Virus genome (UHGV): UHGV-1357383 | Strand: one strand, 5' to 3' | Source: a virus | DNA: 45,565 nucleotides | Shown here: piece after piece, positions 33,590 through 42,446 of the stretch | How positions within the stretch are numbered: position 1 is the stretch's first letter | How the letters are laid out: each line of letters starts with the position of its first letter | Translations under genes and position numbers: made by a program | The notes under the pieces: generated by a model | The model's input: the letters and a program-made list of their open reading frames with translations, nothing else | Databases searched by the model: none | Told to the model about the DNA's origin: nothing

Positions 33590-34275
33590 CAGCCCAATAC
33601 TTGGAATTTGTTCGCCAGCAGCTGATAGTGGCCACCGCCGATCTGAGCGGCGCGACGAAAGGGCAACTGGTAGCTTTTGCAGAGAACGCGCAATTCACCG
33701 CTACGGCGCGCAGCCGTGGCCGGAAGAAGGTATATAGCGAGGTGAAGCAAAAAATGGTTAACCCGGACGGGCCGCCGATGAGCGGCAGCCAGTCCCGCGC
33801 TAAGGGTTCATCAATCGCTCTTGTACTGCCCGTTGAGTATTCGACGGCCAGTTGGCGCCGGGCTCTGCTGTCGCTGGAATATCATCAGAAAGCCTGGTTG
33901 CTGTGGAACTACAGCGAGAATATCCGCTTTGAGTATCAGGTAGCGATAACACAGTGGGCATGGGAAGAATTCCGTGATCAACTCGGCGCTAAGAAAGTGG
34001 CCGGCAAGACGATGGAGCGCCTGAAGAAGCTTATCTGGCTGGCGGCACAGGACGTGAAAGCAGAGCTGGCGGGTAAGTATGGATATCAGCATCAGGACCT
34101 TGCAGCCCTGTGTGGCGTTAAGCCTGATAACTGGTGCCATAACTACGCTGATTACTGGCGGGCTATGTGCGCCATTTTTAAGCGGCTTGATAGCGACTCT
34201 CTTCTCTGTGCTGTGAGAACACGATCACAACAAAAAGCGACTTTTTCGCAGCAGGGTCTTGCAAAAGTCAATTAA
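33586..34275 (+). CDS. Putative late-gene antiterminator (Q-like) (229 aa)
   Basis: Position immediately upstream of the late promoter/terminator region and lysis cassette. Cys cluster near the C-terminus. No decisive motif. Confidence 0.45.
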   Translation: MTAQYLEFVRQQLIVATADLSGATKGQLVAFAENAQFTATARSRGRKKVYSEVKQKMVNPDGPPMSGSQSRAKGSSIALVLPVEYSTASWRRALLSLEYHQKAWLLWNYSENIRFEYQVAITQWAWEEFRDQLGAKKVAGKTMERLKKLIWLAAQDVKAELAGKYGYQHQDLAALCGVKPDNWCHNYADYWRAMCAIFKRLDSDSLLCAVRTRSQQKATFSQQGLAKVN

Positions 34276-34831
34276 ATACGTCATATTTGAGTCTACTTTG
34301 ATATGCTGCCTTAACTTTAAGTGGCGGCATGAAGATGATAGTCACATACCAGTTTGTAAAATTAGCCTCGGCATTCCGCCGGGGCTTTTTTATGCCTGCG
34401 ATCCGGTCAGGGCTCTTGGGTTGAGACGTGCTGCACGACACGTCGACACCCGCCGGTAAGAGCTCTGAACCAGACTGAAGTTACTCTGCAATAAGAAAAC
34501 TGCATGTCATCATTTGCTTACATCTTATTGACCAGAAAATTAACATCTTGTTAATCTATTCTTGTGGTGAATCCCCCTGTGCGGTGGGGCGACCAGTCAC
34601 TTACAGTGATCTGTAAATGCAGCGCGGGCCATGTCGGCTGGGACATGCTCACCGGGAGGCACCCGGCACCACGCAGTACTACTAAGACATTTGGTAGTGG
34701 GGTTGCTGTTTCGGCTCCTCCATCTATGTTTAAAAGGCAGTAACGGAAAAAGCGAGCGCTCTCCTGGTAAATCGGTAGCTCGGACTATTAGGTGCGCTTT
34801 CGTTTGTTACTACCTAGAATGTCTACTTTCT

Positions 34832-34858
34832 GCCCGTTCCTCTGAGCGGGCTTTTTTT
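34832..34858 (+). terminator. tR'-like intrinsic terminator (gcccg-ttcctctga-cgggc plus T7) in the late leader
   Basis: Hairpin plus T-run between the Q-like gene and the holin. Confidence 0.4.
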
Positions 34859-35036
34859 CGCCTGATTAAGGCATTGCTACAAACCATAAGACATTTAAGG
34901 GCTGCGCTTTAGCGTGGCCTTTTTTTATTTCAGGGTCGCGGGAATCACCCTCGACGCTTTGTTGGTAAATCAGCCCGACGGCCCTGAACCTTTTACTGAC
35001 TACAGATAGCACCCCGAACATTATCGGAGGTGAGAG

Positions 35037-35351
35037 ATGCAACGTATGAACCCAACCGATGGTCACAATCTGCCTTACTGGTGGTCAGCCTTGCTTGGTA
35101 TCTTTTCCGTCCTGAGTCTGCAGGATTATGTCTTCATCATTGGCGCCCTGATCTCTGCCTTCTTCACAATCAAGACTTATTACGCAAAGCGCAAGGAAGA
35201 GCGAGAGCGACTTGATGAAGAGAAAAAGCGCACGCAGCTGTTGGCCAGTTATCTGGCTGATGTCTCCACAAAGCCTGGAGGTGACCGTCCGGCTTCAGCC
35301 GAAGTGGTTACCGAGGCTTTGAAGCGGATCGCAAGTGATACACAGGGGTGA
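35037..35351 (+). CDS. Holin (class II, two TM domains, dual-start motif MQRM)
   Basis: Two hydrophobic segments then a charged C-terminus. Directly upstream of the endolysin. Confidence 0.65.
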   Translation: MQRMNPTDGHNLPYWWSALLGIFSVLSLQDYVFIIGALISAFFTIKTYYAKRKEERERLDEEKKRTQLLASYLADVSTKPGGDRPASAEVVTEALKRIASDTQG

Positions 35352-35848
35352 ACATGACACCATCAATGAGGAAAAAACTGATTGGCGTGATCGCCGGCGG
35401 TGGTGGCGCCATAGCCATTGCTTCCGTCATGCTTGGTAATGCTGACGGCCTGGAAGGAAGGCGTTATTACGCCTATCAGGATGTTGTCGGCGTCTGGACT
35501 GTTTGTGATGGTCACACTGGCACCGATATTCGCCACGGCCATCGTTATACCGACAGGGAATGCGACAGCCTGCTGAAGGCAGATCTGCAGAAGGTGGCAA
35601 GCGCCATTGACCCGCTCATCAAAGTCCGCATTCCTGATCCCACCCGCGCCGCGCTTTACTCATTCACCTACAACGTTGGCTCTGGCGCTTTCGCCAGCTC
35701 CACGTTGTTGAAGAAACTGAATGCTGGAGATGTACCTGGCGCGTGCAAGGAACTGCAGCGCTGGACTTATGCAGGTGGCAAGCAGTGGAAGGGGCTGATC
35801 ACCAGGCGCGAGATTGAGCGTGAAGTCTGCGAGTGGGGCCAGAAATGA
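35348..35848 (+). CDS. SAR endolysin (phage 21 R-like lysozyme, 166 aa)
   Basis: N-terminal signal-arrest-release segment [20 protein letters not shown]. Close match to P21 R (GLEG...[12 protein letters not shown]...[28 protein letters not shown]). Confidence 0.85.
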   Translation: MNMTPSMRKKLIGVIAGGGGAIAIASVMLGNADGLEGRRYYAYQDVVGVWTVCDGHTGTDIRHGHRYTDRECDSLLKADLQKVASAIDPLIKVRIPDPTRAALYSFTYNVGSGAFASSTLLKKLNAGDVPGACKELQRWTYAGGKQWKGLITRREIEREVCEWGQK

Positions 35849-36195
35849 GCCGGTTAACCGCCATTATCAGCGCTGTAGTTATTCTGCTGCTTTCCTGCAT
35901 TTTCTCATGGCGGTCTGGCTGGAATTCTCACGCTGACCATGTCAACGCCCTCGCGGCGAAGAAAAAAGAGAAAGCCGAAAAGACTATCCAGCCAGTTGAG
36001 CAAAAGGCCGCTGCCGCTACAGAAGAGGGCAAGGTCATCTACCGAACCATAACCCGCGACGTGGTGAAATATGTCCAGTCTCCGAATCGTACTGTGTGCC
36101 GGTTTGACGATGATGCTGTGCAGCTGCGCCAGCGAGCTATCGACGCTGCCAACGCCATCCCCGGATTTGATGAGCCCTCCGTGCAAAGCAAGTGA
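35845..36195 (+). CDS. Rz-like i-spanin
   Basis: N-terminal TM then a coiled-coil region. Overlaps the endolysin stop (ATGA). Confidence 0.6.
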   Translation: MSRLTAIISAVVILLLSCIFSWRSGWNSHADHVNALAAKKKEKAEKTIQPVEQKAAAATEEGKVIYRTITRDVVKYVQSPNRTVCRFDDDAVQLRQRAIDAANAIPGFDEPSVQSK

Positions 36196-36313
36196 CGCAG
36201 GGAAGGACACCGACGAAGACCTGCAGTCAGACGTCGAAACCGCTCAATGCCTGCGCCAACTGCGGTTAGATAAATACCGTTGGCAGGCCTACTACCGTGC
36301 AGTGAGTCAGTAG
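36071..36313 (+). CDS. Rz1-like o-spanin lipoprotein, overlapping Rz in the +1 frame
   Basis: Signal plus lipobox-like MMLCSC. Pro-rich mature region. Extends beyond the Rz stop. Confidence 0.55.
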   Translation: MSSLRIVLCAGLTMMLCSCASELSTLPTPSPDLMSPPCKASDAGKDTDEDLQSDVETAQCLRQLRLDKYRWQAYYRAVSQ

Positions 36314-36632
36314 CGGGGCTACATTGCCGTTCCTGCATGGCAAGGTCGGCGTGATAAAAAACCCCGAAGAGGATATCCAAAAGTAAACGGGGCGCTGAAT
36401 GAACAGCTAATGACTAAACAATACATCGTGTATCTAAATATGTTTAATCATTTCGCAACCCGGACCATATTGCGGAGGAGTACACCTGTGTTTTGGCGTA
36501 GGACTGCTATCAGCGCTGGGGCAGTACAACCGGGATAAGGCTGATATCAGACAGGCGGAAACAAAACGTCAGTAGGGCATTACAGAGCCACTTCAAGAGG
36601 TGGCTCGATAATGTCACAACGAGGTAAGGACT

Positions 36633-36857
36633 ATGGCAAAACCGGACTGGGGAGCACTGCAACACCAGTTCCTCGCCAAGCATGCCAAAACAGGAATATC
36701 CCCGAAAGACTGGTGCGCAGCGCAGGGACTGAATTACTCATCTGCGAAACGCTATATCAAAGTAACGACTTACGGTGCGAATTCGCAAAAAAAAGTGCGA
36801 ACAAATCTGCGAATTCGCAGAAGGAGAAAGGCGGGGCCAATAAAAACGGGAAGGTGA
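36633..36857 (+). CDS. HTH DNA-binding protein (74 aa) upstream of the terminase genes, with an A8 slippery tract
   Basis: MAKPDWGALQHQFLAKHAKTGISPKDWCAAQGLNYSSAKRYIK. RBS AAGGA. Contains CAAAAAAAAG at 36787-36796. Confidence 0.5.
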   Translation: MAKPDWGALQHQFLAKHAKTGISPKDWCAAQGLNYSSAKRYIKVTTYGANSQKKVRTNLRIRRRRKAGPIKTGR

Positions 36858-37096
36858 AAAAAAACCAGCCCGACACAGGCACCCGCTCAAAATCTCCAGA
36901 AACGAAACCGATACGCGGATCACGCACCGCACCGCCGACGAACGCTTTCCAGCCTGGTAACCAGAACGCATTAAAGCACGGTGGCTACGGCCGCCGGATG
37001 CTGCTCTCTGACGCTATCACCGAAGATGCCCAGATGCTCACGCTCGACGATGAGCTTTTCTGGCTGCGTGCGGCGAGCCTGACTACCAAAAGGTAG
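36633..37096 (+). CDS. Possible -1 frameshift fusion product (about 155 aa) joining the HTH domain to a downstream GNQNALKHGGYG-containing domain
   Basis: Frame 0 to frame 2 switch at the A AAA AAG tract gives a continuous ORF to 37096. The alternative is a homopolymer sequencing error. Confidence 0.3.
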
Positions 37097-37233
37097 GTTA
37101 CTTAACCGTAAGCATGGCATTAGCCAGAATTTGAAGCATGAGCCTGTAAAGAGATAACGGAGTAACGAATTAGCAAGCCTGATTGGGAGGCCATCGAATC
37201 GATAAAAAGACCGGCTTCGATGGCATAAATAAT

Positions 37234-37422
37234 TTAGCTCAGGTCGGCAACGTAGTTGGTGGCTTCTCGGTTCGTGATGCTAAATTCTGAAGCCAAAATT
37301 CCAGCCAACTCATCTTTCGAACCGGCTATACGGTTTTGATTAGACCAAGCGATTAAGTAATAACCATTGCTTTTCGCGAGCATGATTTGTATTGCATTAA
37401 TGGTTATGTAGTAACTGTCCAA
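37234..37422 (-). CDS. Small AT-rich ORF (62 aa), doubtful
   Basis: Minus-strand ORF in an AT-rich spacer before terS. Confidence 0.15.
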   Translation of the reverse strand: MDSYYITINAIQIMLAKSNGYYLIAWSNQNRIAGSKDELAGILASEFSITNREATNYVADLS

Positions 37423-37436
37423 GAATAATTACCTCA

Positions 37437-37967
37437 TTGTTAGGAAGAATAATGGCACTCACCGACAAGCAAGAAATGTTTTGTCGCGAGTACCTCATCG
37501 ATTTAAATGCCACGCAAGCGGCTATTCGGGCGGGGTACAGCGCAAAGACAGCTAACCGCACTGCGTCCGAAAACCTGTCAAAACCTGACATCCAGTCCAG
37601 AATTGCCGAACTTAAAGCGCAACGCAATGATCTGGTTGGTATAAATGCGACATACGTCCTGAATCGTCTTGTTGAGATAGACCAGATGGACGTGCTCGAC
37701 ATCCTGACCTCGACTGGAGAGCTAAAACCAGTAACGCAATGGCCGAAGGTCTGGAGGACGACGCTATCCGGGCTGGATGTCATCGAGATGGCGGCAGAGG
37801 GAAACACTACCGCGCTGCTTAAGAAGATTAAGTGGCCTGATAAGGTGAAGAACCTGGAGCTGATTGGTAAGCATATCGACGTCCAGGCGTTTCGCGAGCA
37901 AGTGAAAACAGAGCTCGTCGTTGAATCAATTTCTGAACTGATGGATTCCTTGTCTCAGGGGGCGTAA
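37437..37967 (+). CDS. terS: Terminase small subunit (Terminase_2-like, 176 aa)
   Basis: DKQEMFCREYLIDLNATQAAIRAGYS signature. Confidence 0.8.
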   Translation: MLGRIMALTDKQEMFCREYLIDLNATQAAIRAGYSAKTANRTASENLSKPDIQSRIAELKAQRNDLVGINATYVLNRLVEIDQMDVLDILTSTGELKPVTQWPKVWRTTLSGLDVIEMAAEGNTTALLKKIKWPDKVKNLELIGKHIDVQAFREQVKTELVVESISELMDSLSQGA

Positions 37968-39439
37968 TGAAGCCTGAGCATCTCAAGCTGCTAGCTGATA
38001 AAGACTGGCGGCTGAACAATCTTTATTGGATCACCGACAAAGAAGGTAAGCCGACTCGTTTCAGGATGACCCCGGAGCAGCGGGAATACTTCGAGGGGAT
38101 TCACACCCGCAATATCATCCTGAAAGCTCGCCAGCTCGGATTTACCACAGAGGTGTGCATCATCCAGCTCGACGCTGCTCTGTTCGAGTCGGCAAAGTGC
38201 GCGCTGATCGCCCATACGCTGAACGACGCAAAGCGCCTGTTCCGGGAAAAGGTTAAATATGCCTACGACAAGCTTCCTGCTGAGATAAAGGCAGCCAATC
38301 CGGCGAGTAACGACTCGGCCGGTGAGCTGGTCTTTAAGAAGGGCGGTTCTCTCTACGTCAGCACCTCATTTCGTGGCGGCACACTGCGCTACCTGCATGT
38401 TTCCGAGTTCGGAAAGATATGCGCCAAGTATCCGGATAAAGCCCGTGAAATCGTCACTGGTGCGTTTGAGGCGGTATCGACAGGTTGTTTCGCAACTATC
38501 GAGAGCACCGCAGAGGGCCGGGCGGGCTACTTCTTCGATTACTGCCAGACGGCAGAAAAAGCGCTACTACAGGGAAAGCCATTATCTGCTCTGGACTGGA
38601 AGTTTTTCTTCTTCTCCTGGTGGAAAAATCCGCAATACGCAATTGACCCGGTAGAGCCGCTCCCTGCACGCCTGCTTGAGTACTTCGCTGAGATGGAGGC
38701 GAAACACGGCATAGTCGTTAACGAACGTCAAAAGGCGTGGTATTACGCCAAAGAAAAGACGCTCGGCGACGACATGAAGCGCGAATACCCGACCATTCCG
38801 GCCGAGGCTTTCCAGCAATCGGTTGAGGGCGCGTACTACGCCAAACAATTCCGCTGGCTCTACACCAACAAGCGGATCGGCCAAATCCCGGATAACTCCC
38901 ATCTACCGGTTCACACGTTCTGGGATATTGGTGTGGGGGACTCCACGGCGATCTGGTTCGTTCGCGAGGTCGGCGAAGAGTTTCACATCATCGACTACTA
39001 CGAAAACTCCGGCGAGGGGCTTCGGCACTACATGAAGGTGCTGAAAGACCGCGGCTATGAGTACGGTGAGCACTGGGGTCCGCACGACATCGAGAACCGC
39101 GAGTTTGCCGCTGATGCGAAGTCTCGCAAAGAGCTGGCGCGCGAGGGCTACGAGATTGATGGCAGGATGTATTCGATGAACTTCCGCGTTGTGCCGAAAG
39201 CGGGGATCGACACCGGCATCGAGTCGGTGCGTGAAATCCTCAAATCCTGCGTTTTCGATGAGGAGAAGTGCGCTGTTGGCATCTCCCACCTCGAAGGTTA
39301 CCGCAAGGAGTGGGACGACAAGCGCGGCTGCTGGAAAGACAAACCCCTTCACGACTTCACATCGCACGGCGCCGACAGCTTTCGTTACTTTGCCGTGGCG
39401 AAGAACAACCGCAAGCAGGTCGGCACAGTATTCTTCTAA
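37967..39439 (+). CDS. terL: Terminase large subunit (490 aa)
   Basis: Walker A-like ILKARQLGFTT. Overlaps the terS stop (TAATG). C-terminal nuclease-like region. Confidence 0.85.
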   Translation: MKPEHLKLLADKDWRLNNLYWITDKEGKPTRFRMTPEQREYFEGIHTRNIILKARQLGFTTEVCIIQLDAALFESAKCALIAHTLNDAKRLFREKVKYAYDKLPAEIKAANPASNDSAGELVFKKGGSLYVSTSFRGGTLRYLHVSEFGKICAKYPDKAREIVTGAFEAVSTGCFATIESTAEGRAGYFFDYCQTAEKALLQGKPLSALDWKFFFFSWWKNPQYAIDPVEPLPARLLEYFAEMEAKHGIVVNERQKAWYYAKEKTLGDDMKREYPTIPAEAFQQSVEGAYYAKQFRWLYTNKRIGQIPDNSHLPVHTFWDIGVGDSTAIWFVREVGEEFHIIDYYENSGEGLRHYMKVLKDRGYEYGEHWGPHDIENREFAADAKSRKELAREGYEIDGRMYSMNFRVVPKAGIDTGIESVREILKSCVFDEEKCAVGISHLEGYRKEWDDKRGCWKDKPLHDFTSHGADSFRYFAVAKNNRKQVGTVFF

Positions 39440-39451
39440 GGAGCATCGCCA

Positions 39452-40921
39452 GTGAGCGAACAAGATAACGGCCTTCAACTGGCTGTGAACAATCTCGCCA
39501 CTGAAATGCGGCGAGCGAATTACCTTAACTCCATCGGTATCGGCGGGGGCAATACCAAGCGCCCTACGCTCTATCAGGAGTTTGGCTACCCGCGAACCAT
39601 TACCTTCCATGACTTTTACAACATGTACCGGCGCAACGCCGCAGGATTCGCTGTTGTGCATCGTCTTCTGGATGGTTGTTGGCAGGACTATCCGGTAATC
39701 GTTGACGGTGATGAGTCCCAGGAGGCGAAGAAAACTAACCCGTGGGAAAAGAACGTCACCAGGTTCATGAAAAAATGGTGGCCGAAGGTGAAGGATGCCG
39801 ATCGCCGCAATATGGTGGGGCGCTACTCCGCGCTGTTACTGCAGATCAAAGATAACCGGCCATGGAATGAGGAAGTCGACACTTCCCTTGTAAGGAGTCT
39901 CGGCGAGGCAGCGCTGGTTAAGCTGATCCCTGTGTGGGAGCCGCAACTGACAGTTGCCGAATGGGATAACGATCGCCAGTCCGAGACCTTCGGCCAGCCG
40001 AAGATGTTCAACTTCAACGAGCAGCCGGTTGGAGACGAGGCTTTCGTCGGGCCGACTCGAGGTGAGCCTGTTCATCCGAGCCGCGTGATCCTGTTCTGTG
40101 AAGGCTCGGAAGATGACAACGTTCTGTCTGGTATCCCGCTTCTTGAGGCCGGATACAACAAAGGGCTCGACCTTGAGAAGATTTCCGGCGGTGGTGCTGA
40201 GGGCTTCCTGAAGAATGCCAGCCGGCAGATCGCGGTCGAGTTCAGCAAAGAAACAGACATGGCCACGCTGGCTGACCAGGCGAAGAAAGCTGGTTATGCT
40301 GACCTCGGCGAAGCGATGGGCGACAAAGTCAACAAGCTTAACCGCGGCACCGATGCGGCGGCGGTCATGCAGGCCGGACAGATGCACGTCCTCAGTGTAA
40401 CTCCTGGCGACCCGGGGCCGACGTGGGAGGTCACCGCCAACGAACTGGCGGCATCAGTTCAAATCCCGTTCACCATCCTGTTTGGACAGCAGACCGGGCG
40501 CCTGGCGAGCGATGAGGATAAAACCGACTGGGCCATTCGCCGCAACACCCGCCGCAACGGCTTCCTGACTGACCGAATCACAGCCTTGCTGGAGCGCTTC
40601 TGGACCCTGGGCATTATCGATCCGCCGACAAATGGAGAGGTCACCATTTCATGGACCGACCTGCTGGCGCCAGGCGAGAAGGAGAAAATCGAGAACGCTT
40701 CGAAACTGGCTGATATCGTCCAGAAAACGTCGGGCTTCTATGGTGGCGAGCCGCCATTCACGGCCAACGAACTACGTGAGATTGTAGGCCTCGACCCTCT
40801 GCCTGAACCAAAGCAACCACCTAACCCGAATGACAAGGTGACAACCGATGATCCACTGGCCGATAACACCGGAGCAGACGGCAAAGGTGGGGCTGCCGAT
40901 AGTTCCGCGCAGCAAGGTTGA
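39452..40921 (+). CDS. Portal protein (489 aa)
   Basis: Size and position after terL. GTG start with AAGGAG RBS. Confidence 0.75.
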   Translation: MSEQDNGLQLAVNNLATEMRRANYLNSIGIGGGNTKRPTLYQEFGYPRTITFHDFYNMYRRNAAGFAVVHRLLDGCWQDYPVIVDGDESQEAKKTNPWEKNVTRFMKKWWPKVKDADRRNMVGRYSALLLQIKDNRPWNEEVDTSLVRSLGEAALVKLIPVWEPQLTVAEWDNDRQSETFGQPKMFNFNEQPVGDEAFVGPTRGEPVHPSRVILFCEGSEDDNVLSGIPLLEAGYNKGLDLEKISGGGAEGFLKNASRQIAVEFSKETDMATLADQAKKAGYADLGEAMGDKVNKLNRGTDAAAVMQAGQMHVLSVTPGDPGPTWEVTANELAASVQIPFTILFGQQTGRLASDEDKTDWAIRRNTRRNGFLTDRITALLERFWTLGIIDPPTNGEVTISWTDLLAPGEKEKIENASKLADIVQKTSGFYGGEPPFTANELREIVGLDPLPEPKQPPNPNDKVTTDDPLADNTGADGKGGAADSSAQQG

Positions 40922-41852
40922 CCCGACCCGATCGGCCAAGCAGGTAACCGCGATGTTCCGGGATATCGAGGATCGGTATCTCGGCATCAAGCGCGCTCTG
41001 AAATCGCTCTTCGACCAGCGCCTGACCGGGCGTGAGCGAGAGGTTAACAGCCATAACTGGCACTTCCTTTGCCATGACCACGGCGAGGATGTGAGGCTCT
41101 ACCAGGTCAATGCCGGCAAGTTCATCTACGACATGTCGGCGCAGGAGTTGGCTGACCTGCTTGAAGCGGTACAGGCCATTCTCGACGATTACCTGCTGGA
41201 AGGCGGCGAACAGAACCTGTGGGCGATGGATTACGTCGCAGCAGTGGCGCAGCGCGGCACGCTGGAGGCATTCAACAACCTCTCGCAGCAGTCACAGGTC
41301 TACGCCAGCCAGACGACGCTACAGCAGCTTTTAAACAGCCCCGGTTATCTGAACCAGATAGCGGCGGCCAGGCTGACTACTTTTAGCGACTGGAAGGTCA
41401 TCAGCGACACCGCCCGCGGCGATCTGACCAACATCATTACCGATGCTGTCGCGCGCGGGGTTAATCCTCGCGAGACAGCCGGCGTCATCAGCAAGCGTCT
41501 CGATGTCAGCATGTCGAAGGCAAAGACCATCGCTCAGACTGAGCAGGTCGGCGCGCTGCGCCAGGCGCAATGGAACGAAACGGACTGGGCAGCGGATCGG
41601 CTTGGGCTGAATACCGGCTTGCTGTGGCTGTCAGCGCTCAAACCAACTACGCGGACCTGGCACGCCAGCCGACACGGGAAGGTCTACACCACCGAAGAGG
41701 TGCGGGACTTCTACGCTGAGAACGGCAACCGGTACAACTGCTATTGCAGCCAGATTCCGGTGCTGCTCAACGACGACGGCAGCATATTCAACGAAGGACT
41801 GGCGGATAAGCTGGCGAAAGAGCGTAAAGAGTGGAATAAGGCTGATAATTAA
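40848..41852 (+). CDS. Head morphogenesis protein (Mu F / SPP1 gp7-like, 334 aa)
   Basis: Position after the portal gene. Start uncertain: 40848 overlaps the portal gene by 74 nt, and an alternative ATG lies at 40953. Confidence 0.65.
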   Translation: MIHWPITPEQTAKVGLPIVPRSKVDPTRSAKQVTAMFRDIEDRYLGIKRALKSLFDQRLTGREREVNSHNWHFLCHDHGEDVRLYQVNAGKFIYDMSAQELADLLEAVQAILDDYLLEGGEQNLWAMDYVAAVAQRGTLEAFNNLSQQSQVYASQTTLQQLLNSPGYLNQIAAARLTTFSDWKVISDTARGDLTNIITDAVARGVNPRETAGVISKRLDVSMSKAKTIAQTEQVGALRQAQWNETDWAADRLGLNTGLLWLSALKPTTRTWHASRHGKVYTTEEVRDFYAENGNRYNCYCSQIPVLLNDDGSIFNEGLADKLAKERKEWNKADN

Positions 41853-41885
41853 TGGTATAAAACCTCATCAAAATAGCGTGATAGG

Positions 41886-42395
41886 TTGATTATGAGCTCG
41901 ATCACGCCAACTGAGGTTGGCTCTTATGTTATTTCCCTGGTAGGTCCCATTATCATTGGGATGGCTGCGGCGGGTTTTACTGCCTACTTTGCATTACATC
42001 GATTCTACAGGGAAAAATGGTGGGAAAAAAAATACCAAGCTTACGATGACCTAATTGGCAGCTTATACGAACTTCAGATATTGCATAGAAATGCCATAAT
42101 TGAATACAGATTTAAGCAGTATCTGGATGAAGAGCCTCCGATTAAGGTAGATCTTGAAAGGTGGCAAGAACTTGAGGCATCTGTTAAAAAAATGCTCGCT
42201 TTCTCACCAATGAAGCTTACTTCATCAACCCAAGGTTATATAAAAGAATACCTAGACCAAGTTTCTTCGCGGGATAGCAAGCTGAGAAATCAGCATATTA
42301 AGAGAGATATCATCCTGCGTGAAGTTGAGTCAGTGATTATAAGTATCATACCAAAAATTGTTGAAGAGGCTCGTGTAGAGCTAAAAAACAAATAA
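41886..42395 (+). CDS. Single-pass membrane protein moron (169 aa), low GC
   Basis: N-terminal TM ISLVGPIIIGMAAAGFTAYFAL. About 38% GC versus about 55% in the flanks. Own terminator. Inserted between head morphogenesis and scaffold genes. Confidence 0.55.
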   Translation: MIMSSITPTEVGSYVISLVGPIIIGMAAAGFTAYFALHRFYREKWWEKKYQAYDDLIGSLYELQILHRNAIIEYRFKQYLDEEPPIKVDLERWQELEASVKKMLAFSPMKLTSSTQGYIKEYLDQVSSRDSKLRNQHIKRDIILREVESVIISIIPKIVEEARVELKNK

Positions 42396-42417
42396 CCCGC
42401 TACGGCGGGTTTTTTAA
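42394..42417 (+). terminator. Intrinsic terminator aacccgc-tacg-gcgggtt plus TTTTTTAATGCC
   Basis: Third copy of this hairpin family. Confidence 0.6.
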
Positions 42418-42446
42418 TGCCTGAAATACACCAATGAGGACGCAAC

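Noticed and set aside
36196-36632. Possible cos/pac site or small RNA in the lysis-terminase spacer
   Set aside because: Contains one GC hairpin (agccac-ttcaaga-gtggct) without a T-run. No repeats or recognisable cos elements could be identified by eye, so no call is made.
38903-39661. 252-aa minus-strand ORF inside terL and the portal gene
   Set aside because: Antisense to terminase with conserved Walker motifs. Spurious.
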